A stretch of 64,000 nucleotides of DNA, from positions 36,880,213 to 36,944,212 of the forward strand of contig OZ234493.1 of assembly GCA_965153455.1 (NCBI GenBank), written 5' to 3'. Below are positions 53,465 through 64,000 of this stretch, piece after piece (the first letter of the stretch is position 1; every line of letters starts with the position of its first letter). A program made the translations under genes and the position numbers. Source of the DNA: Sphagnum compactum (lineage: Eukaryota). Under the pieces are notes generated by a model. It was not told where the DNA came from and did not search any database. It saw nothing but the letters and a program-made list of their open reading frames with translations.

Positions 53465-55070
53465 GTGAACATGTTTATGTTAGGAACTCTTGGTAGTGGA
53501 AAGACATCTTTCATTTGGTATTTGACCAAAAACTATATGTTATTGAAGAAGAAGCTTATCCTTACTACAACAACAAGATGTGCAACATCAATGTTTACTT
53601 CAAAAGCTTCAATTATCCACAACATGTTTCATAAACAATGCAAAGGATATGTTTGGCCATTACAAAAATTAAATGTTGAATTTCAAATTTTTGAATAAGC
53701 TAACATCATCATTATTGACATGTCAATATGGTATAGGTTGAACATAATGAAATTAAGAATAATATAAGTATATATGATTTTTTATTTATTAGTTAAATAA
53801 TAGATTTAAAATAAATATAAATAATGCAATTACATTTTTAGTCATAAAATCAGTTGCAAGATGACAATGCCACATAAGCTGGTTTGGATGGATGAAAAGT
53901 TCATATAAATTACATTTTTATGCACTACCATTACAACTTGGTGTCACATATTGTCTTTTGCGAATGGAATTTTATGTGTTTTGTCCAAGGTGACTAGGCA
54001 TTGTAGTAATTCACATGTGGTAATTACGACTAAACATGAGTTGTAATATATAGTCATATATTTGCAAATTCCTTGTAGTGTTAGAAAAAAAATGTTTATA
54101 ACAATATGGCGACAATTTTTATCATGTCAAAATCATGTGATGCAGTGGTTAAGTGGGGGTTAAAAACTTTTTCCCTCAATATGAAAGTGAAGGGTTCAAG
54201 TCTTCACACTTGCAACTTCACACTTGCAACTGAGTGAACTAGCTTAACTATTTTAGTTTGTTATTTAAGTTAGCCTACATTCCTAACATATAGGCTGGAT
54301 TTTTAGCCTTTATACCATGTGGCAAATAAAAAATGCCACATGTTTACATAGCATGGGTGAAAAACATACTTATTTCATATTTAATGAATTATATCTAAGG
54401 ACCATAATTTATGGATTTCATCACACACAAATGACCTCTGTGACTTTATAATCGCAAAAGTCACAATCGTATATTGTTTTGTAACTAAGCCACAATAATG
54501 ACTAGGTGTTTTAAATGATGTGTCATATTTGACTACATAGTCATGTAATCATGGATGTCTTCCATGACGAACAACCTAGTCATAAATCAAGTCACAAAAA
54601 AAACAATTTTTGGCGTCATGAACACATTCAATCTTTGGCCAACAATAAAAGATTCAATTGCATGCAACATGTTGTATTGGGAGCATTGGTTATGTTGATT
54701 GAAAACATTAATTTAAAAGTTGGTGCTACAAATGGAACCATTGGAATCATAACAAAGTTGGAGTTCAATTTAAAAGATAACATTTGCAACATTTTGGTTG
54801 CATTCAATCCATCGAGATACATGTAAATAGTTTGGAAAAACTCAATTCAAAATAAATATGATTTTCAAGGACATTTTTACAAAACATCATTTCCTTTAAC
54901 ATTATGTTATGCAATTATAAGGCACAAATCCCAAAGTGTAACAATATCATCCAAAATAATGATACATATTCGTGAATCTTTTACAAAAGGATTAATGTAT
55001 GTAATGCTATCTAGAGTGACAAGTTGGAAAAATTTGAAAATTGTTAACAATCTTCAACCCTCGAACATAT
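53465..55070 (+). mobile_element. Decayed Pif1-family helicase (Helitron RepHel relic), interrupted by CACTA-family sequence
   Basis: Motifs GTLGSGKT, IIIID, GALVMLIENINLKVGATNGTIG, FPLTLCYAI..HKSQ and YVMLSRV, with stops. A CACTA right end TTCCTTGTAGTG ends at 54080. Confidence 0.8.
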
Positions 55071-56287
55071 AACTTATGTTGCCATGGTTTTTTAAAAATG
55101 TGAACATTGTTGTAAATTGAGATACTAACACATGTATTATTGTAATCTAGTATGCACTATGTGCAATTCTTATGATTGGTTTTACCAATCTCCTTTCCAC
55201 TCAATGCGCAAATTGGGCATATTTTTTTAGGTTCGAATAAAGAGTTGATTACTCTACCCTATTGGTTGGTCCAACTAAATATCTTCTATAGTTCCTAGGT
55301 TCAGTTATACTTTTAAAATTTTAAAGATGTTACTTTTTATGAAAATATTCTAGATATACCAAATGTTATACTTACATTTTTAGTTTACAATTTAATATAT
55401 GAAATGTTTAATAAATATTGAGTGTTAATTAATTTATCATTCAGACATATTTGTAATTGAGTAAAAACATCTCGATAATTGATATATAGGCGATTGGAAT
55501 ATAATATGTTAACATTTAGTATGAAATATTTTTACAAAATTGGCATCCAAGTTAGATAATAATATGCACATTCTATCATGTATTATAACTACATACCTTT
55601 CATGTTGACAACTTGCGTCCTTCTATAACTACTTGTTAATTTTATTTTTCTAAAAATATGAATTTCAAATTTAACAACTTTCTTTGTGTCATTATGACCT
55701 TGGTTTCATGAACCATTGGAACAAAACAAACAAACAACCTTCCCTCGTATATAGATATTTTGGTAGTTCATTTGAACTTTTATTTGAGTGATTGTTTCAA
55801 AGTTCAAATTTTTTAAAAATAATATGAGATATACCCATGTCTGATTAATAAAATTAATAATAGGCATCGCACAAGTGTGGTTCCGAATTCCAATGAGTGT
55901 TGGCTAGATTTTGGTGTTTTAGTTTCCAAACCCAACCACAATATTAAAACACACCCTACTTTTAGACCCATTACACACCTTATAGGATTTCGGTTTTTTA
56001 TAAAAATATGAATTGAACATGCACTAAATGAAAAACATTATTTAATATGTTTATTGAACATCACTTTAAGAGGGTTTTGAAACAAAATTGTGTTTGTTCT
56101 TTCTTGGCTTTGACCATGCATTGTACATCCAATTTACATGTTAGAATTTTTTTTTAAAAATGAACCAAACAATTGAAAAGAAAAAAATACCAATACCCTT
56201 CATAATATTGGGTGCTAGGCCTACTTCCACTCCAAGTCCCAAAAGGGACCAACTAGTTTTGAAATTCTTTTTTGGACCATGATTTGC

Positions 56288-56535
56288 ATTATTGAATGCA
56301 TGAAACATAAATAGTGCCCTTGCTTACTCTTCCTCCAAAGATTTCATGACCATTTTTCAATCCTCATTTACATGATATTTCAGAATTTGTCAATTTTGAA
56401 TAAATACTTTGCTTTTAGAAGTTACATTCTTAATAGCCTTTTCAATGAGAAGTTGCAAGGATGTAAGATTCTCCGCCTTATCAACATCATCCACCACCAC
56501 TAACACTTTCTTTTATATCAACCATTGCTTAATCT
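56288..56535 (-). pseudogene. Inverted NB-ARC fragment paralogous to the NLR at 63.8-64 kb
   Basis: Minus strand reads IKQWLI*KKVLVVVDDVDKAENLTSLQLLIEKAIKNVTSKSKV...QILKYHVNED*...ARALFMFHAF, colinear with 63815-64000. Confidence 0.88.
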
Positions 56536-57344
56536 TGCAGCGAGGTAGAGTAATTCATGCTCCTCTCCAATATTTATGTCCATTTGCAGTGGTCATTTTA
56601 ACCTGTTTAAAAGTTAGCATGGATTTGGACGGTGTTTATTACTGGTCCAGATATAGACATAAATGGTCTTTGAGTGTTTAAAGGGGCTTTTATGACGTTT
56701 ATGGGTGGGGACAGTGATCATTAAAAACTATTCTATTTTAACAGAAAGCATTTTTTGGGTGGAGGTGATCTTAGACAAAATCAGGGTCCCTAGTCTTTGA
56801 GTGTTTAAAGGGGCTTTTATTACGTTTATGGGTGGGGACAGTGATCATTAAAAACTATTCTATTTTAACAGAAAGCATTTTTTTGCAGTTTTTGGGGTGG
56901 AGATGATCTTAGACAAAATCAGGGTCCCTAAATCGACAAAAGACATAGTCTAAGAGCCCTCCCTCAAGAAGTGAGTGTACCAGTGTAGGTGCTGGTTCAC
57001 CCCAGCCAGTGCCTATGATTGGAGCATCCTGGGGGGAGAAGGAAAAATTACATGGGAGGTCATAGCAAATAAATCCAGAGTAGGAAAAAAAAAAAAAAAA
57101 TTGTAAAGAGGAGTGATTTTTCTTGGTGAATTTTCGCACTGTGGCTACAAAGAAAATTTAAAGAAATTGAGAAAATTCATTTTAATCGTGTGAATTTTAG
57201 AAAAAAAATGCACATAAAATGGAAAGGTCGACAAAGTTTACAAACCACAAAATTGAGAAAAGAAGGAAAGGAAAAAAACACTGATACAGAGGTATATATG
57301 TGTGCACCCTAAATAAAATATGGAAAAACATGTTGTGAAACTAA

Positions 57345-57671
57345 GGGCAACTTTAGAGGAGGGTTCAAGGTCCAGGAACCAATGAATTCAAACAATCTTA
57401 TTGGTCGAAAGCTTTAAATTAGTCCCAAGGCCTTTAGATGAGAGTCCAAGACCAAAAAGTGACAAATTGAGGCTAATATGGCACCTGTTTTGGAGGGAAA
57501 ATCAATTGGTTGGGACCAAAAGACAGTGCTAAAAGGAGAGCTCCTGATTTGGAGAACCAAGAATCAGGCTAAGGACCCAGGTACACTCCAACTCAAGAAT
57601 TCAATTTGCTTCACATGAGTCCAAATTGGTTCCTAGGAAATCGGACCCTGGATCCTCGCCTAAAGTGGGCC
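57345..57671. mobile_element. PIF/Harbinger (Tourist-like) MITE with TAA TSD
   Basis: taa|GGGCAACTTTAGAGGAG...CTCGCCTAAAGTGGGCC|taa. Same family as 10479-10796. Confidence 0.85.
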
Positions 57672-58033
57672 TAACGATGTTTACTGCAAGACCGTTTTGA
57701 CTCCTTATTTGGGGAACCGCAATCAGCACGATTGACATCTGGTGCAAAGTGCAAACATGTTGGATCCGTGATCTGAGGCCTTAACCTAGTGAAAGCCAGT
57801 AACTTTTGGGTCACTTTTGGTTTTCTAACTTGCTTTGTGCCATGGTGCCCGCAACCACCAAGTCAAGTCTGTTGTTTGTGAAGGAATTGGGGAAACCTGT
57901 AATTAATGACCAGGCTGAACCTGCACCTACATTAATGCATTCACCTTCTTGAATGAGGCCTTTCCCCCATTATCACTGCAAGACGCATAAAAGAAATGTT
58001 AAATTTGAACTCAGAGACCCTGATTTAGTCTAA

Positions 58034-58265
58034 GGCCCGCTTTACACTAGGAGTTAGGGCTGAAAAAACTTGGGGCAACTCTGAGCTTTGTTTGCTTTTT
58101 GTCTGGCCCCAAGTTATTAATAAATGCTACAACATTGGCCACAAGGGTTGCACATTGGCTTCCCAAATTCGATGGTATCCTTTTCTTTAGCCTTGGGGCC
58201 AACATAAGTTATTAGTGAAAAGATTTTTTCTTTTTTGGCCTTGACTCCTAGTGTAATTTAGCACT
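58034..58265. mobile_element. Second Tourist-like MITE
   Basis: taa|GGCCCGCTTTACACTAGGAGT ... ACTCCTAGTGTAAtttagcac. Right end degenerate. Confidence 0.6.
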
Positions 58266-59862
58266 TGAGGCTGATTTCAACTTTTGCACCATGGGTGATT
58301 TGTTGAACATCGCCCTCAACTCCTATTGTAAAACTAAAGTTTGAATGAATTCATTAGTTTAAATAATTAATTAAAAAATAATGAATTCACTGGTCTAATG
58401 AATTGCACCCACATCTTGTAATAATTAGAAACAAACACAAAGCTTTTGTAACTTGATACCAGTATAGATGCTGGTTTGGTCAAGGCATAATATTTGTACC
58501 TGGTACACCAGATACAAATATTATCAGTGTTTTTTCTTTTCTCATTTTTTTTCTCATTTTTGCGGTTTGTGACTTTGTCAAATTTTTTCTATTTATTGGG
58601 CATTTTTTTCTCGAATTCACACTATTAAAACGAATTTCCCCAATTTCTTCAAAAAACGTTTAGCCATAGCGCGAAAATTCACCCCAAAAAATCACTTTTC
58701 TACACAGAATTTCTTTTGTTTTTCGACTCCAAATTTATTTGTTATGACTGTCCATGTAATTTTTCCTTCTCCCCCCCAAGCTGCTCCAATCATAGCCACT
58801 GGCCAGGGCGAACCAGCACCTACACTGGTACACTCACCGTCTTGAGGAAGGCGTCTTAGAGGCTGTCTTTATCGATTCAGAGACTCTGATTTTGTCTAAG
58901 AGCATCTCCATCGCAAGACTGTAAAGAACTCCTTTACGTTATACTAGAACAGTGTTTAATCATCACTGTCCCCACCCACAACCGTCATAAAATTCCCATT
59001 AAACACTCAAAGACCATTTATGTCTTTACATCTGGACCACTAATAGTCACTGCATGTCCAAATTCATAGTAGAAAAAAGCTTTTAAAGGGGTTAAAATAG
59101 CCACTGCAAAATTGAAAACAATACCGGAGCGGAGGAGGAGTTACGCTATCCTGCTGCAAGATTTAATGAAAAGGGGTGTTTGCAGGTGTAGGGTGGCCGG
59201 TTCACCCAAGGCCCAATTAATCATCCATTGCCTGCAGCATGAGCTCTGGCAGAACGCTTCAATAATGCACTGGGTGAAATCAGCCAACAGCAGGAAACGT
59301 GTGGAGCAATCTTTTTTGGGTGAGTTTTGAGATATAGCCCAAGTGGCTATCATCGGTAGGAAGATTTAGTCAGATTTGGCTATGAGCTAAATATCGCATT
59401 AGAAAATCTTCAATATGTTTCTCTTATTTTTGGCTACCTACTTGAAAATCATGTGTGGATATCTGACGATTTTTCTTTGGATTTGGTTGAATTTTGGCTC
59501 ATGTGTGAAAATCTCAAAAAGCATTTGATTTTAGCACTTTCTAAATTTATGACTTAGCTTTTTTTCGGCGACAGTTTATTGGTAAAAGAAAGGTCGGTGT
59601 GTGGATGTGAACAAAAGTCATGATGTTAATAATGGAGGAGGCCAGAGGGAAAACGTAGAAAGCGCGTTTGACAAGTCTCAAGCTGACATGAGTAGAAAAT
59701 AGAGACACGTGTTCCAGAAAAGAAAGTAATGAATTGTTCAGTGGCCAAGAAATCGGTAAAGCGCGTATGCTAGAATCTGAAGAGTCACGGCAAAATCCTT
59801 CTAGAAGTTTCTACATTTTGAAGAAGAGGTCCTGAAGAGGAAAGGGGTTGGTGTTCTTTGGA

Positions 59863-60187
59863 GAGATCTAGTGGAAATATCAGCTTGCGAGAATCTGTGA
59901 TGTGAGTGACACCCATCATACCCTGTGTATACTATTGGGATGGCAGAGGATTTCTAGCAGGTTTTATGAGAGCTTCTTCTTCTGTGAGAAAAGTCGAAAA
60001 AGGGATAAGAAGAAAAGAGTGTGAGAATTCCAGGGAGTTCGTGAAGAGAAAAGCAGTTGATGTTTGCTGGCGAGATCTAGTGGAAAGATCAGCTTAGCTT
60101 GCGGGGATCCGTGATGTGAGGGACACCCATCATACCCTGTGTATGCTATTGGGATGGCAAAGGATTTGTAGCAGGTTTTATGAGAGC
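59863..60187. repeat. ~110-bp direct repeat (59863-59972 and 60072-60187) upstream of the NLR
   Basis: gagatctagtggaaa...gacacccatcataccctgtgtat...gcaggttttatgagagc occurs twice. Confidence 0.85.
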
Positions 60188-61269
60188 AAAAGGTTAAGAG
60201 AAAAACATTTATGAGAGCAGTGAGCAAAAGGAATTTCAGTTGTGCGAAATATGGTAAAGCGAAAAGGAGTTGATCTTCCACAATGGTCTTCAAAAAGAAA
60301 GAGAGATGTTGTGCGGACCCCTGCTGCGATTAAGAGACCTTTGGTCCCAGCTGAAAATGCTCCTTCAAGCTCTAGATGGCACAACAATGTGGTGCTTCTT
60401 CTTAATCTTATGATGAGCTTTCTTTGCACAGTTTTTTCTTGGGCTTTCCCAAGTTACACATTGAAGTTTGATTTTTCTTTGCTTTTAAAAAAAAATTTGT
60501 TTGGGTGTTGACGAATGTCCTTGACCCTTACAACCATGATAGTTTATTGTCCTCACAAAGCATCAGGATAAGGAGGTCTAGTTCAGATTTGAACTCCCCA
60601 ACCAACAACTTCACAACCATACCTTTTAGTCACTAGGGTACTTGAATGTCCCCAATCATTTACAAGTTTCCTTGTCATACATTTTTACTTTGCTTACTTT
60701 CTAGTATGGTTGTTTAGATAAAAACAATATGAAATAATGTTTAAAACAATATGAAATGGAGTCATCATATTAGCCTCTTACATTAGGTCGGTGACTCATT
60801 TGCTAACAAGTAGAATTGGTGAAATGACAATTTGTCAAAAATTGGTATTGACTAAGAATATTTTGAACTTGTCAAGATTGGAACTTTCATTATAGATTAT
60901 GAGTTAAGTTCAATGTGTAGTCTTGATTCAACAACCTAAAGCAAATTATTGAAATCCGGAGCATTAACCTTTATTGTTTGGCATGCGTTCCACCTACTAT
61001 GTAACAACGTTTGCTTGTTGAACTATGTTTTCAAACTTTGAGGTCTATGACAAGTGAATGATCTTCACTTGTTAGTCATACAAGCTAGATTTGGTATTCT
61101 TTGATTCATCTATTATTGTCATCTTGTTAAACTTAATCTTTTCGACTAATTATTGCCTTTGTTTAACTACTGTAATTTGTATATTGCATTTCTCTTATTT
61201 CATGTACAGTCTAATAATTTCCAAGAAAGGTATGAAGAATTGTGTTGACTCATTTCATTTTCTTTGCAG

Positions 61270-64000
61270 AAATATCTAGTGCATGATTTAAATCCCACCT
61301 GCAATTCCAATAATCCAAACTTCACCATCATTTTTTTTCATGGGATTGTTTTTGGCACGAATGATGCGTGGAAGGAAACATGGACAACACGTCCCACCAA
61401 TGATAGAGAAGAGTGCATATGTTGGCCAGAAAAGTGGCTACCTGAAGACTTGAACAACAATGTTCGAATTTTATCATTGTCCTATGATTCTCACATTGTG
61501 GCAAGTGTTCACGATGATGTGACTGAAATTGGCAAAAACCTCATCCAAAGTTTGATTGTAAATTCAAGGTGTGAAAATCTCCTCTATTTATAAACACATT
61601 AATTACTATTCCTTGTGTACATTGAAGCTAATTTTTTACATCTTTAGAATTTCTTACATGTTTTGCACGAGTTAATTGTTCATGTGTATTAGTACTGCGA
61701 TACACACCAACAAGTTTCAATTTTCTTAAATTGTTAGATTCATGTAGGAGAACATAAAATGGGGCTTGAATGAAAATGTTCTTGTTTGAGGATAATAGCA
61801 AAGTCTATGTTCATATTATAAATTCATGGTAGAACTAGTTTGGTTTTTATGGCAATTTTTAGTTCGTGTTTTTTGAAGTTTTATCTTTGCTAATGCAATT
61901 GAATTAAATTAAATTAATACATGTGTAGATAATTTTCATCCATTTCATTGCAAAAAAACTTATTTAAAAACATATATACATATACAATTTTAAATTTTCA
62001 ACTATATTTCCAACGGAACAAATAGAAGATGAGTTGTACATTAACAAAAGAATGTACACACTTACATACTTGTGCATAATAATTGTTTTACCAAAACATG
62101 GTTGTCACATTTTCTAGGTAGATTAAAGGAATCAATAAATGAAAAATGACGTAGGACAAATAAATCAATTATGAACTTATGGCTTAAGTCATGTGTGAAT
62201 TGGAAAATTGCCCCAAGTATAATAGGATGAATTTGTACATGTTAATACAATGTTGATATGGGATTTTGGTGCATTGTTGAATATTTTGTAGTTATCAATC
62301 CCTTTGGAATGGACCAGTGGCATTAATTGCTTATAGTTTTGGAGGTCTTGTACTCAAAAGCTTGGTGGTTGAAGCTCGCAAACGTGTATATCAAAGGCTC
62401 ACAAATGGTTTGGATGATGAAATACAAAAATGTTGTAAAACATTTTTGAACAATGTCAAAGGTGTAGTATTTTATGGTGTACCACATTCTGGTGCTGACA
62501 ATTTATTAAAATATTTCGAATGGCAATGTCAACAAATCAAGACGTCCAACAAACATTTTGCCCAACTTGGTTTTGCAAGAAATTTAGAACCTTTCAATAA
62601 ACAAATGCAGTCCCTTTCAAAGGAGTTTAAAGATGCCGTTCATGAAGACTTCAACATTTATGAATTCGGTGAAGGATTACCAATCAACAAGAATTGGGTA
62701 AAATTTTCATTGTGTCACATTGAAAATTATCCAACTTGGTTCATTAATTAAACATTTTTTGTATTGTCAAAACTTGTGTGGGATGATGTATTCAATACTT
62801 CTAAATATGTCAATGTGGTGAATGGGTCATGTGTTTTATGAACTTTGTTTCATGAATTACTATCGATGGAAATGAAATGTGATTGATTTCAAACATTAGG
62901 AAATAGGTTTAAATTTTCCTTTCATCAAATCAATTCCACATAAATATTTTAAAGGAAATCATAACATCATTAAAACATGTAAGATTCCTAAGATTAAAAA
63001 CCAATAACTTTGTGATGTATTTATATAAGTTGTTTGCCAAAGGGTTGAAGGAAATTGCTTGTATAAAATATTCCATTATTATTCAAACATCAATAGTTAT
63101 TAAGTTATTGTTTCCACTACCATTTGGTTTATAAGTTAAATGATAAGTGAACAAACAAATCAATGAGTTTCATTAACTTAATTTTTTGCACGTGCAGGGA
63201 ATTTTAGTGCCATATGTCTCAGCTACTCAGTTGTCAAACAACAACCATTACAAAATTGAGGATGCTAATCACTTGACAATTTGCAAGCCACTAAGCAAGG
63301 ATCATTCAAGTTATTCTTTATTGTTAAATTGTTTAAAAATATATATGCAGGTAAAAACATCAAATCTAATTTTTCTGATTTCATATATGTTCATGTAATT
63401 TGAAACACATTAGGTCATAGCACACTTGATGTGTATCACATATGCAATATCATATATATTGATTATCAAATAAGAAATATAGCATAATGACCTATATTTT
63501 GTGAATTTTGACAGAAAAATATAGAGCTTCCGCCTTTGCCATGTCATGAGGTGGCGTTGATTGACAAAGCAAAAGACATAAACATTTTGTTACAAAAGGA
63601 ATCTATTGTTGGTTTGGTTGGAATGGGTGGGATTGGGAAAACCACTTTGTGCAAAAAATTCTATCATTTGTTCCACAACCAATATGAGAAATCTAGTTTT
63701 TTGGAGAACGTGAATTCAAAGGACAATATCAATGATGTCATAAAACAACTCTTGCATGATTTATGTGACAAAAATTTATGCAAAGATGAAAATGTGAATA
63801 AAGAAAACCTCGACAAAATTAAGCAATGTATGATATCGAAAAAAGTGTTAGTGGTGGTGGATAATGTTGGTAAGGCGGAATACCTTACACTTTTGCCAAT
63901 TCCCATTGATAAAGCTGCCAAAAATCTAGCTTCTAAAAGCAAAGTACTTGTGAATTGTCGAAATTGGCAAATTCTAAAATCTCATGTAAATGAGGATGGA
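61270..64000 (+). CDS. alpha/beta-hydrolase-NB-ARC (HNL-type NLR) immune receptor; exons 61270-61568, 62292-62697, 63198-63350 and 63515->64000; start exon uncertain (candidate ATG 60251), 3' end outside the window
   Basis: Four GT-AG-joined exons stay in frame with no stops. Hydrolase motifs IIFFHG, WPEKWLPEDL..VRILSLSYD, AYSFGGLVLK, GVVFYGVPHSG and DANHLTICKP. NB-ARC motifs GMGGIGKTT, FLENV, KVLVVVDNV and SKVLVNCRN. Confidence 0.9.

Larger units (their letters stand above)
56527..59166. repeat. Long imperfect inverted repeat (arms ~56527-57085 and ~58730-59166)
   Basis: For example gacataaatggtctttgagtgtttaa vs ttaaacactcaaagaccatttatgtc, and gtgagtgtaccagtgtaggtgctggttc vs gaaccagcacctacactggtacactcac. 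The left arm has an internal ~125-bp tandem duplication. Confidence 0.88.

Noticed and set aside
61210-61229. 20-nt micro-exon of the NLR
   Set aside because: It has AG/GT borders, but the following intron would be only 40 nt. It was not included without transcript evidence.

Overview
Eukaryotic land-plant nuclear DNA, most likely a bryophyte/moss. This is inferred from a spliced MurA exon, an alpha/beta-hydrolase-NB-ARC gene and GT-AG introns. The window is dominated by transposons: five LTRs of one Ty3/gypsy-like family (a young 4.6-kb non-autonomous element, a solo LTR and two truncated back-to-back copies), a full-length decayed L1/Tx1-type LINE, a CACTA-bounded composite, three small Helitrons, a decayed Pif1-helicase Helitron, hAT and DUF7869-type transposase relics, MITEs and tandem arrays. 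Between these lie decayed host-gene pieces: SUV3 helicase, NEP1/EMG1 exon 1, FKBP16-3 last exon, MurA last exon, PHO1, KDM5/JMJ17 and NB-ARC. The only apparently intact gene is a multi-exon alpha/beta-hydrolase-NB-ARC (HNL-type) immune receptor from about 61.3 kb that runs off the right edge. No clearly new biological system is proven. The best leads are the hydrolase-NLR, the poly(A)-less LINE with a triplicated target site inside MurA, and a roughly 22-kb train of unrelated gene fragments. Protein family calls are by motif recognition, not database search.
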